DNA of 64,000 nucleotides from Nostoc sp. (GTDB lineage Bacteria; Cyanobacteriota; Cyanobacteriia; Cyanobacteriales; Nostocaceae): NCBI GenBank assembly GCA_036918135.1, contig JBALDB010000011.1:96001-160000 (forward strand), written 5' to 3'. The notes below the pieces were generated by a model. The model was given only the letters and a program-made list of their open reading frames with translations. It had not been told where the DNA came from and ran no database searches. Each line of letters begins with the position of its first letter. The first letter of the stretch is position 1. The position numbers and the translations under genes are program-made. This document shows, piece by piece, positions 52,013 to 62,000 of the stretch.

Positions 52013-52027
52013 TCATAATCGTTATGA
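52013..52027. promoter_or_regulatory. Putative PerR/Fur-family operator upstream of srxA-dps
   Basis: 7-1-7 near-palindrome TCATAAT-C-GTTATGA, resembling the Per box TTATAATnATTATAA. Confidence 0.6.
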
Positions 52028-52074
52028 CTTTATTTTGCAACTAACCGGAATTTGGATTTGGGGCAAAACTGATA

Positions 52075-53763
52075 ATGGTATTACTTGGAGCACTCATGCG
52101 ACAAAAAGACCGTGCTACAAAACAATTGGAAAATCAGATCCAACGCTACATTCAGGGTCACAATCGGGTAGCGATAAAATTTTCCTTTTGGCGTTTTTCC
52201 TATACTGTGGTGGCGACATTTAGCCTATTGGGACTAACTGCGGCATCGGGGCCTGAGAGCAACGTCCAAGATGTAGAACTAAAAATTGGGATTGTACAGC
52301 GATTTGGTGTCCAACCCACAGCCAAGCTGCAACTGGAACCGACAAAGGGCGATCGCTTAAAGTTAAAATTTCAAACGGGTAACAAGCAGCAAGTAGTAGT
52401 TACCAATAAGCCTGTGAAGCTGGAAACAGTTATGCAAGCTTTATCCCAGCCAGCAGTTGAAGAAGTGGTAGTTTTGGGTACATATCGCAGCTTTGAAACT
52501 GCCGAAGACAGTGCGAAAAAATGGCGTTCTCAGGGAATGGAGGTGGAAATAGCTCAGCCAGAACGCTGGCAAGTTTGGGCGAAACGGGATGTTTACAGCA
52601 CTCCTTTACTACGACGCTTGTTATTGCAGAACATCCAAGCTGCTACTCAACAAAAAGTATATCTTGATACTAAAACGTTGAAACAAGTACCGCGAGTAAG
52701 TTGGGTGGTGGATGGTAAGCGCTACAGTCCGAATGAGTTGGAAGTTAGCACTGATAAAAACTTGATTCGGGTGAATAAAACTGACAAACCAGAAAATGCT
52801 CGTCTGTATGTAGGACGGCTCAATTTACAACCAAATGCTTACGGGACATATACTTTAGTTAACAAAGTGCCCTTAGAAACTTATTTGCGTGGGGTTGTGC
52901 CTTATGAAATAGGTACTGATGCACCAACAGCAGCGCTAGAAGCCCAAGCAATTCTTGCTCGCACTTATGCCTTGAGAAATTTACGTAGGTTTGCCGCAGA
53001 TAACTACCAGTTGTGTGCTGATACACACTGCCAAGTTTATTATGGGTTGAATGGAGCAGCTACGAAAACAGACCAAGCGATCGCTGCAACCAGAGGTAGG
53101 GTATTAACTTATAAAAACGAATTAGTAGACGCCTTATATTCTTCCACCACTGGTGGTGTTACCGCCTCCTTCAGCGATGTCTGGAATGGTGAGGATCGTC
53201 CTTATCTGCGCCCTGTAATTGATGCTGCTACAAATCTTTGGAACTTGTCGAAGCAAAGTTTAGCTGATGAAAAGAACTTCCAAAAGTTTATTAATATGCA
53301 ACAAGGTTTTAATGAAAGTAAGTGGGATATGTTCCGTTGGCGCAAGGAAACCCGTTTAGAGGATATTATTAAGGATTTACAGAAATTTTTACAAGTAAAG
53401 AACAGTCCTTATGCCAAATTTAAGACAATCCAGGCGATGGCAATAGTCAAACGAAGCCAGAGTGGACGTATCCTCGAACTCGCAGTCAAAACTGATAACA
53501 GCACCTTTATTCTCCATAAAGACGAAGTTCGCAGCGCTTTTGCTGCTCCAGTAAGTACACTTTTTTACATAGAACCCTTAAACAAAGGCAAATCAGAACT
53601 ATGGGGATACGCCTTCATTGGTGGTGGATTAGGACATGGAGTCGGTTTGAGTCAAACTGGGGCTCAAAATTTAGCTAAACTTGGTTGGTCTAATCAAAAA
53701 ATTCTCCAATTTTACTATCCTGGGACTGAAATTAAAATTCTCAGTAAAGAGATTAAACGTTAA
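52075..53763 (+). CDS. SpoIID/LytB domain protein
   Basis: LETYLRGVVPYE, EAQAILARTYA, CQVYYG, GHGVGLSQTGA and ILQFYYPG. Exact start uncertain. Confidence 0.92.
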   Translation: MVLLGALMRQKDRATKQLENQIQRYIQGHNRVAIKFSFWRFSYTVVATFSLLGLTAASGPESNVQDVELKIGIVQRFGVQPTAKLQLEPTKGDRLKLKFQTGNKQQVVVTNKPVKLETVMQALSQPAVEEVVVLGTYRSFETAEDSAKKWRSQGMEVEIAQPERWQVWAKRDVYSTPLLRRLLLQNIQAATQQKVYLDTKTLKQVPRVSWVVDGKRYSPNELEVSTDKNLIRVNKTDKPENARLYVGRLNLQPNAYGTYTLVNKVPLETYLRGVVPYEIGTDAPTAALEAQAILARTYALRNLRRFAADNYQLCADTHCQVYYGLNGAATKTDQAIAATRGRVLTYKNELVDALYSSTTGGVTASFSDVWNGEDRPYLRPVIDAATNLWNLSKQSLADEKNFQKFINMQQGFNESKWDMFRWRKETRLEDIIKDLQKFLQVKNSPYAKFKTIQAMAIVKRSQSGRILELAVKTDNSTFILHKDEVRSAFAAPVSTLFYIEPLNKGKSELWGYAFIGGGLGHGVGLSQTGAQNLAKLGWSNQKILQFYYPGTEIKILSKEIKR

Positions 53764-54520
53764 AGCCAATTAGCATGGCAATTTTAGTTACGATGAAAAA
53801 TAATCGAGTTGTTAGTTCGCTATAAATTCTCGCAAATCTTTTCGCATTTCTTTCGTCTTCTTGCCAAATTAAGATGCTGCCGATAATGAAAGAATTAAAT
53901 TTAGATTTGCATATATTTTTTATCAAGGTAGATATTTCCCAATACCTTTCGGTTAAGGGGGAAGGGTAACAGGAAAAGGGTAAAGAAAAACCTTTAACCC
54001 AAACCCAGTAACCTTTTCCCAAAACCCAATTCCAAGTTAGAAATGCACAAAGCGAATAGTATTGAGATACTTCCTATTTTTAAACTATTCCTAAAAGGAA
54101 ATTCTACCTTTTTTTATAGTCAGAGAAAAATAGATCCTTTGTTTCTTAAAGAAACTATTTACTCAGTAATATTAAATTTTTCAATATCATTAATATTTGA
54201 ATATACTTAGAGGCAAATTTTCTCAAATTCGTAGTATACAAGCTTTTGTAACGGTAAAATTATTTTTTTGGAGGTACCTATCCCAGGCAAGTTAGAGTTG
54301 AAAAGCAAGAAAAGTAAGTTAAACAACCAATCTTTTTTAGCAATTTATGCCTTTGATTTTTACAACTATAAGGAGTAGAATCTCCTAGCAAAAATTTTAG
54401 AAGCCACAAAATAAAGTATGCAAAAAATTGCAGACTGGATTCAACTGGAGAACTTGCAGTTGTTCGGGAGCAGGGCAAATTGCAAATATCTAAGAGAATA
54501 AAACTTGATAAACATTTTGA

Positions 54521-54558
54521 CAAAGCAGGAACATAGTAAATTGAATGTTCCTGCTTTG
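54521..54558 (-). terminator. Stem-loop downstream of petF
   Basis: CAAAGCAGGAACAT...ATGTTCCTGCTTTG, 14-bp perfect arms. Confidence 0.6.
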
Positions 54559-54697
54559 TTATAGAGTTAGGCTTTTTGTCAAACTATCATGATAAAGGAT
54601 ACATATCATGAGGAGAATACTTCTCCTAAATCAGTTGGTTGTATTATTTCAACATCATTAACTCTTGCAAGAGATTTTTTGTTGAGAGGCCTAATTT

Positions 54698-55069
<372 letters not shown>

Positions 55070-55317
55070 TTAGCCGAACTTTCATATTTGCTTTAATTCT
55101 GATACTACGAGAAAAATTAAACGATGTAACTGTAAATTCACCCCGATTAGTAATGAAATTTAGTTACTTCTTAGAAATAAGTTTTAGTTATGTACTGATT
55201 GGTGTAGTTGGCATAAATTTTTACCGCTCACAACTTTTCAAACAGCCTCTTAGTGCCATTCACTCATGAATAACGAATCCCACTACTACAAGCCTCAGAG
55301 AATCAAAAACAGAACTA

Positions 55318-56355
55318 GTGAAGATCGTGTATAATTCAGAAGCAGCTTTGGAAAAAGCAAAAGTGCGTGTAGGTTTGGTAGGTACTGGATATGCAGCAAA
55401 GTTTCGCGCTGAGGCATTGCTGAATGATGAGCGAATGCGGGAAGCGGATGCTGGGCGCTCGCACTTAGTCGCAGTTGTTGGTCATACAAAAGAAAAAACC
55501 CAAACCTTTGCCCAAGAGTACGAAATTGAAGCGTTGAGTTCTTGGCAACAGCTAGTAGAGCGCCAAGATATAGATTTAGTGGTGATTTCCACTGTAAATC
55601 GAGATCATGGTGCGATCGCTCGTGCAGCACTTAGGAATGGCAAACATGTGATTGTTGAGTATCCACTTTCGTTGGATGTGGTAGAAGCTGAGGAACTCAT
55701 AGCCTTAGCCAAAGCACAACAAAAACTCCTGCACGTCGAACACATAGAACTTTTGGGTGGTTTGCATCAAGCTTTGAAACAAAACTTAGCCAAAATTGGT
55801 GAAGTGTTTTATGTCCGCTACAGCACCATCAATCCCCAGAATCCTGCACCCCGGAAATGGACTTATAATCATCAGCTTTTCGGCTTTCCGTTAATTGGTG
55901 CCTTATCGCGCATACATCGTCTTACCGATTTGTTTGGTAAAGTATCTACTGTTAACTGTCACCAGCGATATTGGGAAACAGAATTAGAATACTATCAAAG
56001 CTGTTTATGCACAAGTCAACTCTGCTTTACTAGTGGACTTTTAGCCCAAGTAATATATGGCAAAGGTGAAACTATTTGGCAGTCAGAACGCAAGTTTGAA
56101 GTTCACGGTGAAAAGGGTGGTTTAATTTTTGATGGCGACACAGGATTTTTCATCCAACCAGGGGAAACAACACCTATAGAAGTTGCCCCTCGTCGGGGTC
56201 TGTTTGTCAAAGACACAATTATGGTCTTAGACCATCTTTTTAATGGCACTCCTTTGTACGTTACCCCAGAGGAGAGCTTCTATACTCTAAAGGTCGCTGA
56301 TGCTGCCCAAAAAGCTGCACAGACAGGGTCAACTATATTTATGAAAGATACTTAA
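55318..56355 (+). CDS. bvdR: Biliverdin reductase (Gfo/Idh/MocA family)
   Basis: VGTGYAA, GKHVIVEYP, LLHVEHIELLGG, WTYNHQLFGFPL and IYGKGE match cyanobacterial BvdR as I recall it. Start uncertain. Confidence 0.85.
   Translation: MKIVYNSEAALEKAKVRVGLVGTGYAAKFRAEALLNDERMREADAGRSHLVAVVGHTKEKTQTFAQEYEIEALSSWQQLVERQDIDLVVISTVNRDHGAIARAALRNGKHVIVEYPLSLDVVEAEELIALAKAQQKLLHVEHIELLGGLHQALKQNLAKIGEVFYVRYSTINPQNPAPRKWTYNHQLFGFPLIGALSRIHRLTDLFGKVSTVNCHQRYWETELEYYQSCLCTSQLCFTSGLLAQVIYGKGETIWQSERKFEVHGEKGGLIFDGDTGFFIQPGETTPIEVAPRRGLFVKDTIMVLDHLFNGTPLYVTPEESFYTLKVADAAQKAAQTGSTIFMKDT
55435..55458. mobile_element. 24-nt in-frame insertion splitting a HIP1 site in bvdR
   Basis: GCGA[ATGCGGGAAGCGGATGCTGGGCGC]TCGC, adding MREADAGR. 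Confidence 0.65.
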
Positions 56356-56366
56356 GATAAAAGTTA

Positions 56367-57152
56367 ATGAAAACTGAACTAATTGTTATTTTATCGCAAC
56401 GAGAATTAGACAAAATGCGTCAAGCTGGACGCTTAGCGGCCAAACTTTTACAGCATTTAGAACCGATGGTAAAACCAGGGGTTAGCACTCTGGAAATCAA
56501 TGATGAAGCTGAACGTTGGACACAAGCGCATGGAGCAAAAAGCGCACCTCTTGGTTATAAAGGTTATCCCAAATCAATTTGCACTAGTGTAAATGAGGTA
56601 ATCTGTCACGGCATTCCTAATGCCAAGCAAATCCTCAAGGAAGGTGACATTATTAATATTGATGTCACCCCGATTATTGAAGGTTACCACGGCGATACAT
56701 CGAAGACATTCTTTGCCGGTACCCCATCACCAAAAGCGAAAAAGTTGGTGGAAGTGACACAAAAGTGTTTGCATTTGGGCATTGCTGAAGTGAAACCAGG
56801 GGCACGCATTGGTGACATTGGTGCAGCCATTCAAGAGTATGCTGAAGCGCAAGGCTTTTCTGTGGTGCGAGATTTTGTGGGACACGGGATCGGTAATATT
56901 TTTCACACTGCGCCGGATATTCCCCACTATGGCACACGCGGGAAGGGCAAGCGCCTCAGACCAGGGATGGTTTTTACCATCGAGCCAATGATTAACGAAG
57001 GGACTTATGAAGTTGAGGTTCTGGGCGATAAGTGGACTGCCGTAACGCGCGATCGCAAGCTTTCTGCCCAATTTGAGCATACCTTAGCTGTGACTGAAGA
57101 TGGCGTTGAAATTCTCACTCTACCTGAAGGCGAGAATTACTGGGGTGTATAA
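56367..57152 (+). CDS. map: Type I methionine aminopeptidase
   Basis: SVNEVICHGIP, NIDVT, GHGIG, FTIEPM and SAQFEHT. Confidence 0.97.
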   Translation: MKTELIVILSQRELDKMRQAGRLAAKLLQHLEPMVKPGVSTLEINDEAERWTQAHGAKSAPLGYKGYPKSICTSVNEVICHGIPNAKQILKEGDIINIDVTPIIEGYHGDTSKTFFAGTPSPKAKKLVEVTQKCLHLGIAEVKPGARIGDIGAAIQEYAEAQGFSVVRDFVGHGIGNIFHTAPDIPHYGTRGKGKRLRPGMVFTIEPMINEGTYEVEVLGDKWTAVTRDRKLSAQFEHTLAVTEDGVEILTLPEGENYWGV

Positions 57153-57503
57153 CAACTGAGTAGATTGGTATTGGTAATTGGTAATTACCCATTACCTATA
57201 TCCCTACTCATTTAGATGAAAAAGGCTGTAATTCATCGTTAAAACACTTGACAAAAGTGCAGTTTTATTAATTATACGGATGTAGCGCTTCTGCCTTTGC
57301 AAGAGAAAGCGAACGAGACGTAAAAAATTCAAGAAGACAGAGGCAATTCCCATAAATTGGCAAGCTTACACGTCACCTAAGGTCTGTGTAGTTAGTTCAC
57401 TGATTCTATTTATTGGGCGCAAAATCACGCAGAAGATAGAGGTATTGGGCAACTTAATTTTATTATCTTTATTAGTAAGTTGAAGAGATTTTAAATAAGG
57501 AAT

Positions 57504-58715
57504 ATCGCTATTATTACTCAACTATCAAAGGATGTTGTCATCCAGACGAACGATTCAAGCATTGCTGTTGCTCTAGTACGTGCTAGGGAAATTGCTGATT
57601 ATTGTGCAGCTAATGCGACTAACATAGATATCAATGGTGCTTTTCCCGAACGGGAGTTTGAGCTAATTGCTGAGGCTGGGTTATTGGCCGCACCCTTGGC
57701 TCAAGAATTAGGCGGGTGGGGCGCAGGATTTGATGCTAATGTTACCTACGAGGTGCTGATGCTCCTCAAGCAGATGGGACGGGGTAACCTAGCGGTTGGT
57801 CGAATTTATGAAGGGCACGTCAATGCACTACAACTGATTCAGACCTTTGGTAGTAGAGAACAAATTGCCGCCTATGCACGTGATGCCCGCGATCGCCACA
57901 GAATCTTTGGAGTTTGGAATGCAGAAGCAGCTGATGGTGTAAAAGTTATCCCTCTAGAGAACGATCGCTATCAGTTACAAGGTTCTAAAACTTTTTGTAC
58001 TGGTGCGGGCTATTTGGAACGTCCTTTTGTGAACGGAGCATTGCCCGATGGTAGTTGGCAGATGTGCATTGTGCCAATGGATCGAGTGCAGACAGTTAGC
58101 GATCCAAGTTGGTGGCAACCTTCTGGAATGCGAGCAACTGCAAGCTTTAAAGTAGATTTTAGCGGTGTGGAGTTAGAGCAGAGTGCATTAATCGGTCAGC
58201 CAAATGACTACTATCGACAGCCGTGGTTGTCTGCTGGAGTGATTCGGTTTGCTGCGGTGCAACTGGGTGGGGCAGAAGCACTATTTGACCTGACTCGTCA
58301 ATATCTCCAGGAGTTGAAATATACAAACGACCCATACCAAAAAGAACGGCTTGGGAAAATGGCGATCGCCATTGAAAGTGGAAATCTCTGGCTGCGGGGA
58401 GCCGCCGATAGGGTAGCAGCGTATGCGCCTGTGTTTGGTGGCGCTCCTACAGTTTCCAACCCCCAAGCAGACCAACTCGTCGCCTATGCAAACATGGTGA
58501 GGACGACAATCGAACAAATTTGCATCGATATTATGCAGCTGTGCGAACGTTCAGTTGGGACGCGAGGCTTACTACCACCAAATCCAATGGAACGCATCAT
58601 TCGAGATTTAACTTTATATCTACGACAACCTGCTTTTGATGCGGCCTTGGCAAATGTTGGACAATATGTCTTGCATCAAAGTGACCCTGCATCTTTGCTG
58701 TGGGATAATGAATAA
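57504..58715 (+). CDS. Acyl-CoA dehydrogenase-superfamily flavoprotein; true start apparently non-canonical
   Basis: Frame is open from 57495 and encodes IDINGAFPEREFELIAEAGLL upstream of the first TTG. Also GRIYEGH, GSKTFCTG, GMRATAS and ERIIRDL. Confidence 0.85.
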   Translation: MAIITQLSKDVVIQTNDSSIAVALVRAREIADYCAANATNIDINGAFPEREFELIAEAGLLAAPLAQELGGWGAGFDANVTYEVLMLLKQMGRGNLAVGRIYEGHVNALQLIQTFGSREQIAAYARDARDRHRIFGVWNAEAADGVKVIPLENDRYQLQGSKTFCTGAGYLERPFVNGALPDGSWQMCIVPMDRVQTVSDPSWWQPSGMRATASFKVDFSGVELEQSALIGQPNDYYRQPWLSAGVIRFAAVQLGGAEALFDLTRQYLQELKYTNDPYQKERLGKMAIAIESGNLWLRGAADRVAAYAPVFGGAPTVSNPQADQLVAYANMVRTTIEQICIDIMQLCERSVGTRGLLPPNPMERIIRDLTLYLRQPAFDAALANVGQYVLHQSDPASLLWDNE

Positions 58716-59451
58716 ACTCGGTGTTACCTCCCCGCTAACCAATCCCAGCGTTTTGCCCTGGCGTCCAATTGAGTCAATCGCTTGTAGTCCGGTACTAGTC
58801 GTAGCACCTCATCCTGATGATGAGACCTTGGGTTGTGGAGGTGCGATGGCTCTATTGCGTTCCTTAAATTGTGACGTGCAAGTTTTAGTCATTAGTGACG
58901 GTACGCTTTCACACCCTAATTCTCTGAAATATGCCGCACCTGCACTGCTAGCTCTGCGGGAAAGCGAAACACTATTGGCGTTGAAATTGCTCGGTGTGGA
59001 GGTTAATGCTATCAGCTTTTATAGAATGCAAGACGGGTCAATTACAGCACAGTATAAAAGCGCAGTAGCCAGTTGTCGTGCTTATCTAACAAAAATTGCC
59101 CCACAAATTATCTTTTTACCGTGGCGGTACGACCCTCATCCAGACCACCGAGCGACCTGGAAATTAATTCACACGGCGTTAGAAAACTCAGGTCTATCGC
59201 CCCGATTGATTGAGTATCCGATTTGGGACTGGGACTTAGAGCAAAGAGGGAGTTTACCAGAATCTCTGGAGGTGACAACCTGGCGGTTGAATATTGGCGC
59301 AGTAGTGGAGTTGAAACAGCAAGCGATCGCTGCTTATCGCTCCCAAACTACAGACTTAATTGACGACGATCCACAAGGCTTTCGCCTCACTGCCGAAATG
59401 TTAGCGAATTTCACTTATCCTTGGGAAGTTTATATAGAGGAAAACCGATGA
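58708..59451 (+). CDS. PIG-L/LmbE family N-deacetylase
   Basis: APHPDDETLGCGG, ISDG and DPHPDH. The ATG overlaps the ACAD 3' end. Confidence 0.93.
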   Translation: MNKLGVTSPLTNPSVLPWRPIESIACSPVLVVAPHPDDETLGCGGAMALLRSLNCDVQVLVISDGTLSHPNSLKYAAPALLALRESETLLALKLLGVEVNAISFYRMQDGSITAQYKSAVASCRAYLTKIAPQIIFLPWRYDPHPDHRATWKLIHTALENSGLSPRLIEYPIWDWDLEQRGSLPESLEVTTWRLNIGAVVELKQQAIAAYRSQTTDLIDDDPQGFRLTAEMLANFTYPWEVYIEENR

Positions 59452-60038
59452 ACCCATTACAATCCGATTCCCTACCACCCAGCTACTTCGATAAAATGTA
59501 CGGTGAAAACATCGATCCGTGGAGATTTGAGACAAGCGAATACGAAGCTAACAAATATGCTGCCACAATCGCAGCTTTGCCCAAAGAGCGCTATCAGTCT
59601 GCCTTTGAAATTGGTGGTTCCATTGGCGTTTTAACTGAGAAACTGCAAAAGCGTTGTGACTCACTGCTCTCGATTGATGTGTCAAAACTAGCGCAGAATA
59701 GAGCAATAGAGCGCTGTAAGCATCTCTCTAACGTTAAATTCGAGATTATGCGTGTCCCAGAGCAATATCCCAATCAAATGTTTGATTTGACCCTAGTCTC
59801 GGAAGTTGGCTATTACTTGAGCTGGGAAGACCTGAAAAAATCCCAACAGTGCATTCTAGAACACCTGGAACCAGGAGGACATTTACTTTTAGTTCATTGG
59901 ACACTCTATGCCCGTGATTATCCTCTAAGTGGGGATGAAGTTCACGACTCGTTTTTTGAGTTGACCCCAGATAAACTGCGGCATTTAAAAGGTCAACGGG
60001 AGGAAGAATATCGACTCGATCTATTCGAGCGAGTCTAA
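59448..60038 (+). CDS. NodS-like SAM-dependent methyltransferase
   Basis: DPWRFETSEYE, EIGGSIG, FDLTLVSEVGYY and PGGHLLLVHW. ATGA overlap with PIG-L. Confidence 0.88.
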   Translation: MNPLQSDSLPPSYFDKMYGENIDPWRFETSEYEANKYAATIAALPKERYQSAFEIGGSIGVLTEKLQKRCDSLLSIDVSKLAQNRAIERCKHLSNVKFEIMRVPEQYPNQMFDLTLVSEVGYYLSWEDLKKSQQCILEHLEPGGHLLLVHWTLYARDYPLSGDEVHDSFFELTPDKLRHLKGQREEEYRLDLFERV

Positions 60039-60132
60039 AAAGGAACTGGGGATTGGGTAAGAGCGCAAAAAATTACGTCCAAGGCTATTACCCACAAATA
60101 AATTTTGAAATGTATTCCTAATCCCCTATCTT

Positions 60133-61344
60133 TTAACCTCGACGCAAGTTTTCAAGACGTAGGCGTAAGTCTTGAATTGCTTGCCTAATCTCTACACTTG
60201 GCCAGCGCTCAAGCCAAATTCTTTGTTTGTGCTGGCGCTGTTCAACTTGTTCAAACAACTGACCAAAAGTATAAGGTTGCGTTAATTTTTGCACAAGCCA
60301 TTGGGATGAAACTCCCAACATATCTGCCAAGGGGACGACTCTGCTATGAGTTGGTTGATAGCCATTAAGAATGCACCACCACATTACTCGTAGTTGGCGA
60401 CGTGTAGTAAAACGAGTTTCAATAGCAGCCGCTGACTCCACTAAAAATGATTGCTGTCGCCGTCCCATTTTTGCCCACTCACTCAACTGGTTCGCCAAAC
60501 CAACGTTAGTCCGTCCAGTTTGTCTTGCCGAAGTTACTACTTTCACTAACGGACTATGGCGAAAACGAGCGTTGACTCGCATCAAAGCATGATAAAATGC
60601 TACATCTTCAGGAGTCCGCACAGGTGGTAAGCCTCCTGCCAGTGCATACATTTGTGCCGTCACTGCCAGACTTGCCCCATAGTGTTGATAGTGCCGAGGA
60701 AAACCGTCATCAGGGTCAGGGTCAATGTAACTTTCTAATTCTGCAATTAAGTAGCGGTAGCCTACTTCGCGGAGAAAGCAAGCTCTAGCGTAGGGGTCTA
60801 GACGAGAGCGCTCAAGGCGATCGGTGAGAATTCGCCCTCCTACAGCATCAGCACCGCAAGCAATTTCGTACAGGATTGCAGCGAGCCAAGTTGGGCTAAC
60901 TATTGAATCACCATCGGTTGAAGCAATTATTCCTCGCCTGCGTCCCAAACTGTACAAGCGGTGGTATGCCTCATCCATCAAAATTTGGCGCACTCGACCA
61001 ATGTAAGCTTCTTCTGGAGGCAGAGTTTTTTCAACTACGTGCAGTGCTAACTGTGGATGTTGTTGAGCAAATTCTCTGGCGATCGCCGCTGAATTATCGC
61101 TGCAATTATTCGCTAACAAAATTATTTCATAGCGTTTGGGATCTAGAGCCTGTCCTTTGAGATCGACTTGATGGATGAAAGCAGTAAGGGTTGCTGCCAA
61201 CGTCTGCGCTTCATTGCGGACTGGAATAATTACGCAGACTTCACAATGCTGTGACGGCGGTGTTTGGACTAAAGCTTGGGAAAAGTCCTTATACACTGGT
61301 GTAGCCGGAAAGTCAGCAATTACTTGCAAGCGCTTACTTTCCAT
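60133..61344 (-). CDS. Family 2 glycosyltransferase
   Basis: IIPVRNEA, NNCSDNS, STDGDS, GASLAV and PEDV. Confidence 0.92.
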   Translation of the reverse strand: MESKRLQVIADFPATPVYKDFSQALVQTPPSQHCEVCVIIPVRNEAQTLAATLTAFIHQVDLKGQALDPKRYEIILLANNCSDNSAAIAREFAQQHPQLALHVVEKTLPPEEAYIGRVRQILMDEAYHRLYSLGRRRGIIASTDGDSIVSPTWLAAILYEIACGADAVGGRILTDRLERSRLDPYARACFLREVGYRYLIAELESYIDPDPDDGFPRHYQHYGASLAVTAQMYALAGGLPPVRTPEDVAFYHALMRVNARFRHSPLVKVVTSARQTGRTNVGLANQLSEWAKMGRRQQSFLVESAAAIETRFTTRRQLRVMWWCILNGYQPTHSRVVPLADMLGVSSQWLVQKLTQPYTFGQLFEQVEQRQHKQRIWLERWPSVEIRQAIQDLRLRLENLRRG

Positions 61345-61812
61345 AACAACCGTTTTTCCCTCTACAGGAAAACAGACAGAGTATGTTCATTCAACACTTA
61401 ATAATAATTAAAAATTGTAATCTATTTTGAAAATTTTCTCATTTTATTTCAATCTCTCTAGAGCATGATTAATACTGATTAAAACTCTATCAACAGATGT
61501 AATAGAAAACTATTTCCAGCTTTTTTATTAGGATCAATCATTAATTAGGTAAGCTAAAATCACATTATGTCCTGTCGATAACTTGTTGTTAACGCTGATG
61601 CTCTGATAATCTGACGCAAAAATACGGAATATTTTAATAATAAGTGATTAAGCTGAATTGATATTATTACTTAACTGGTTGGAAGCAAATCAAACAGCAT
61701 AAAAAATTTAGTCAATGTGCTAAATAAAACTATTGTTCTGATGATTATTTAACTATTGTGACTTGGAGAATTCTGCGGCTTTGGCTGACTTTGCTCCTAA
61801 TTTGTTAGCCGA

Positions 61813-61999
61813 TATAGCAGTCCTAAATCAGAAAGTGAAATCTTGCTACCTAAGCTGTTAACTGTTGAGAGCTGATGACAATCGCTTTAAGTCGGGAAAC
61901 CCACCCACGGCGCTGTCTCCCCAACTCATTGGCTCCTGTTAACTGTCAACTGTTAACAGCAAGCTGATATTTTTCACTTTCTCTGCAAAGATTGCTATA
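61813..61999. mobile_element. MITE-like element containing STRRs and an SDR-like insert
   Basis: TATAGCAGTC...GATTGCTATA ends with internal tgttaac repeats. Confidence 0.55.
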
Positions 62000-62000
62000 A

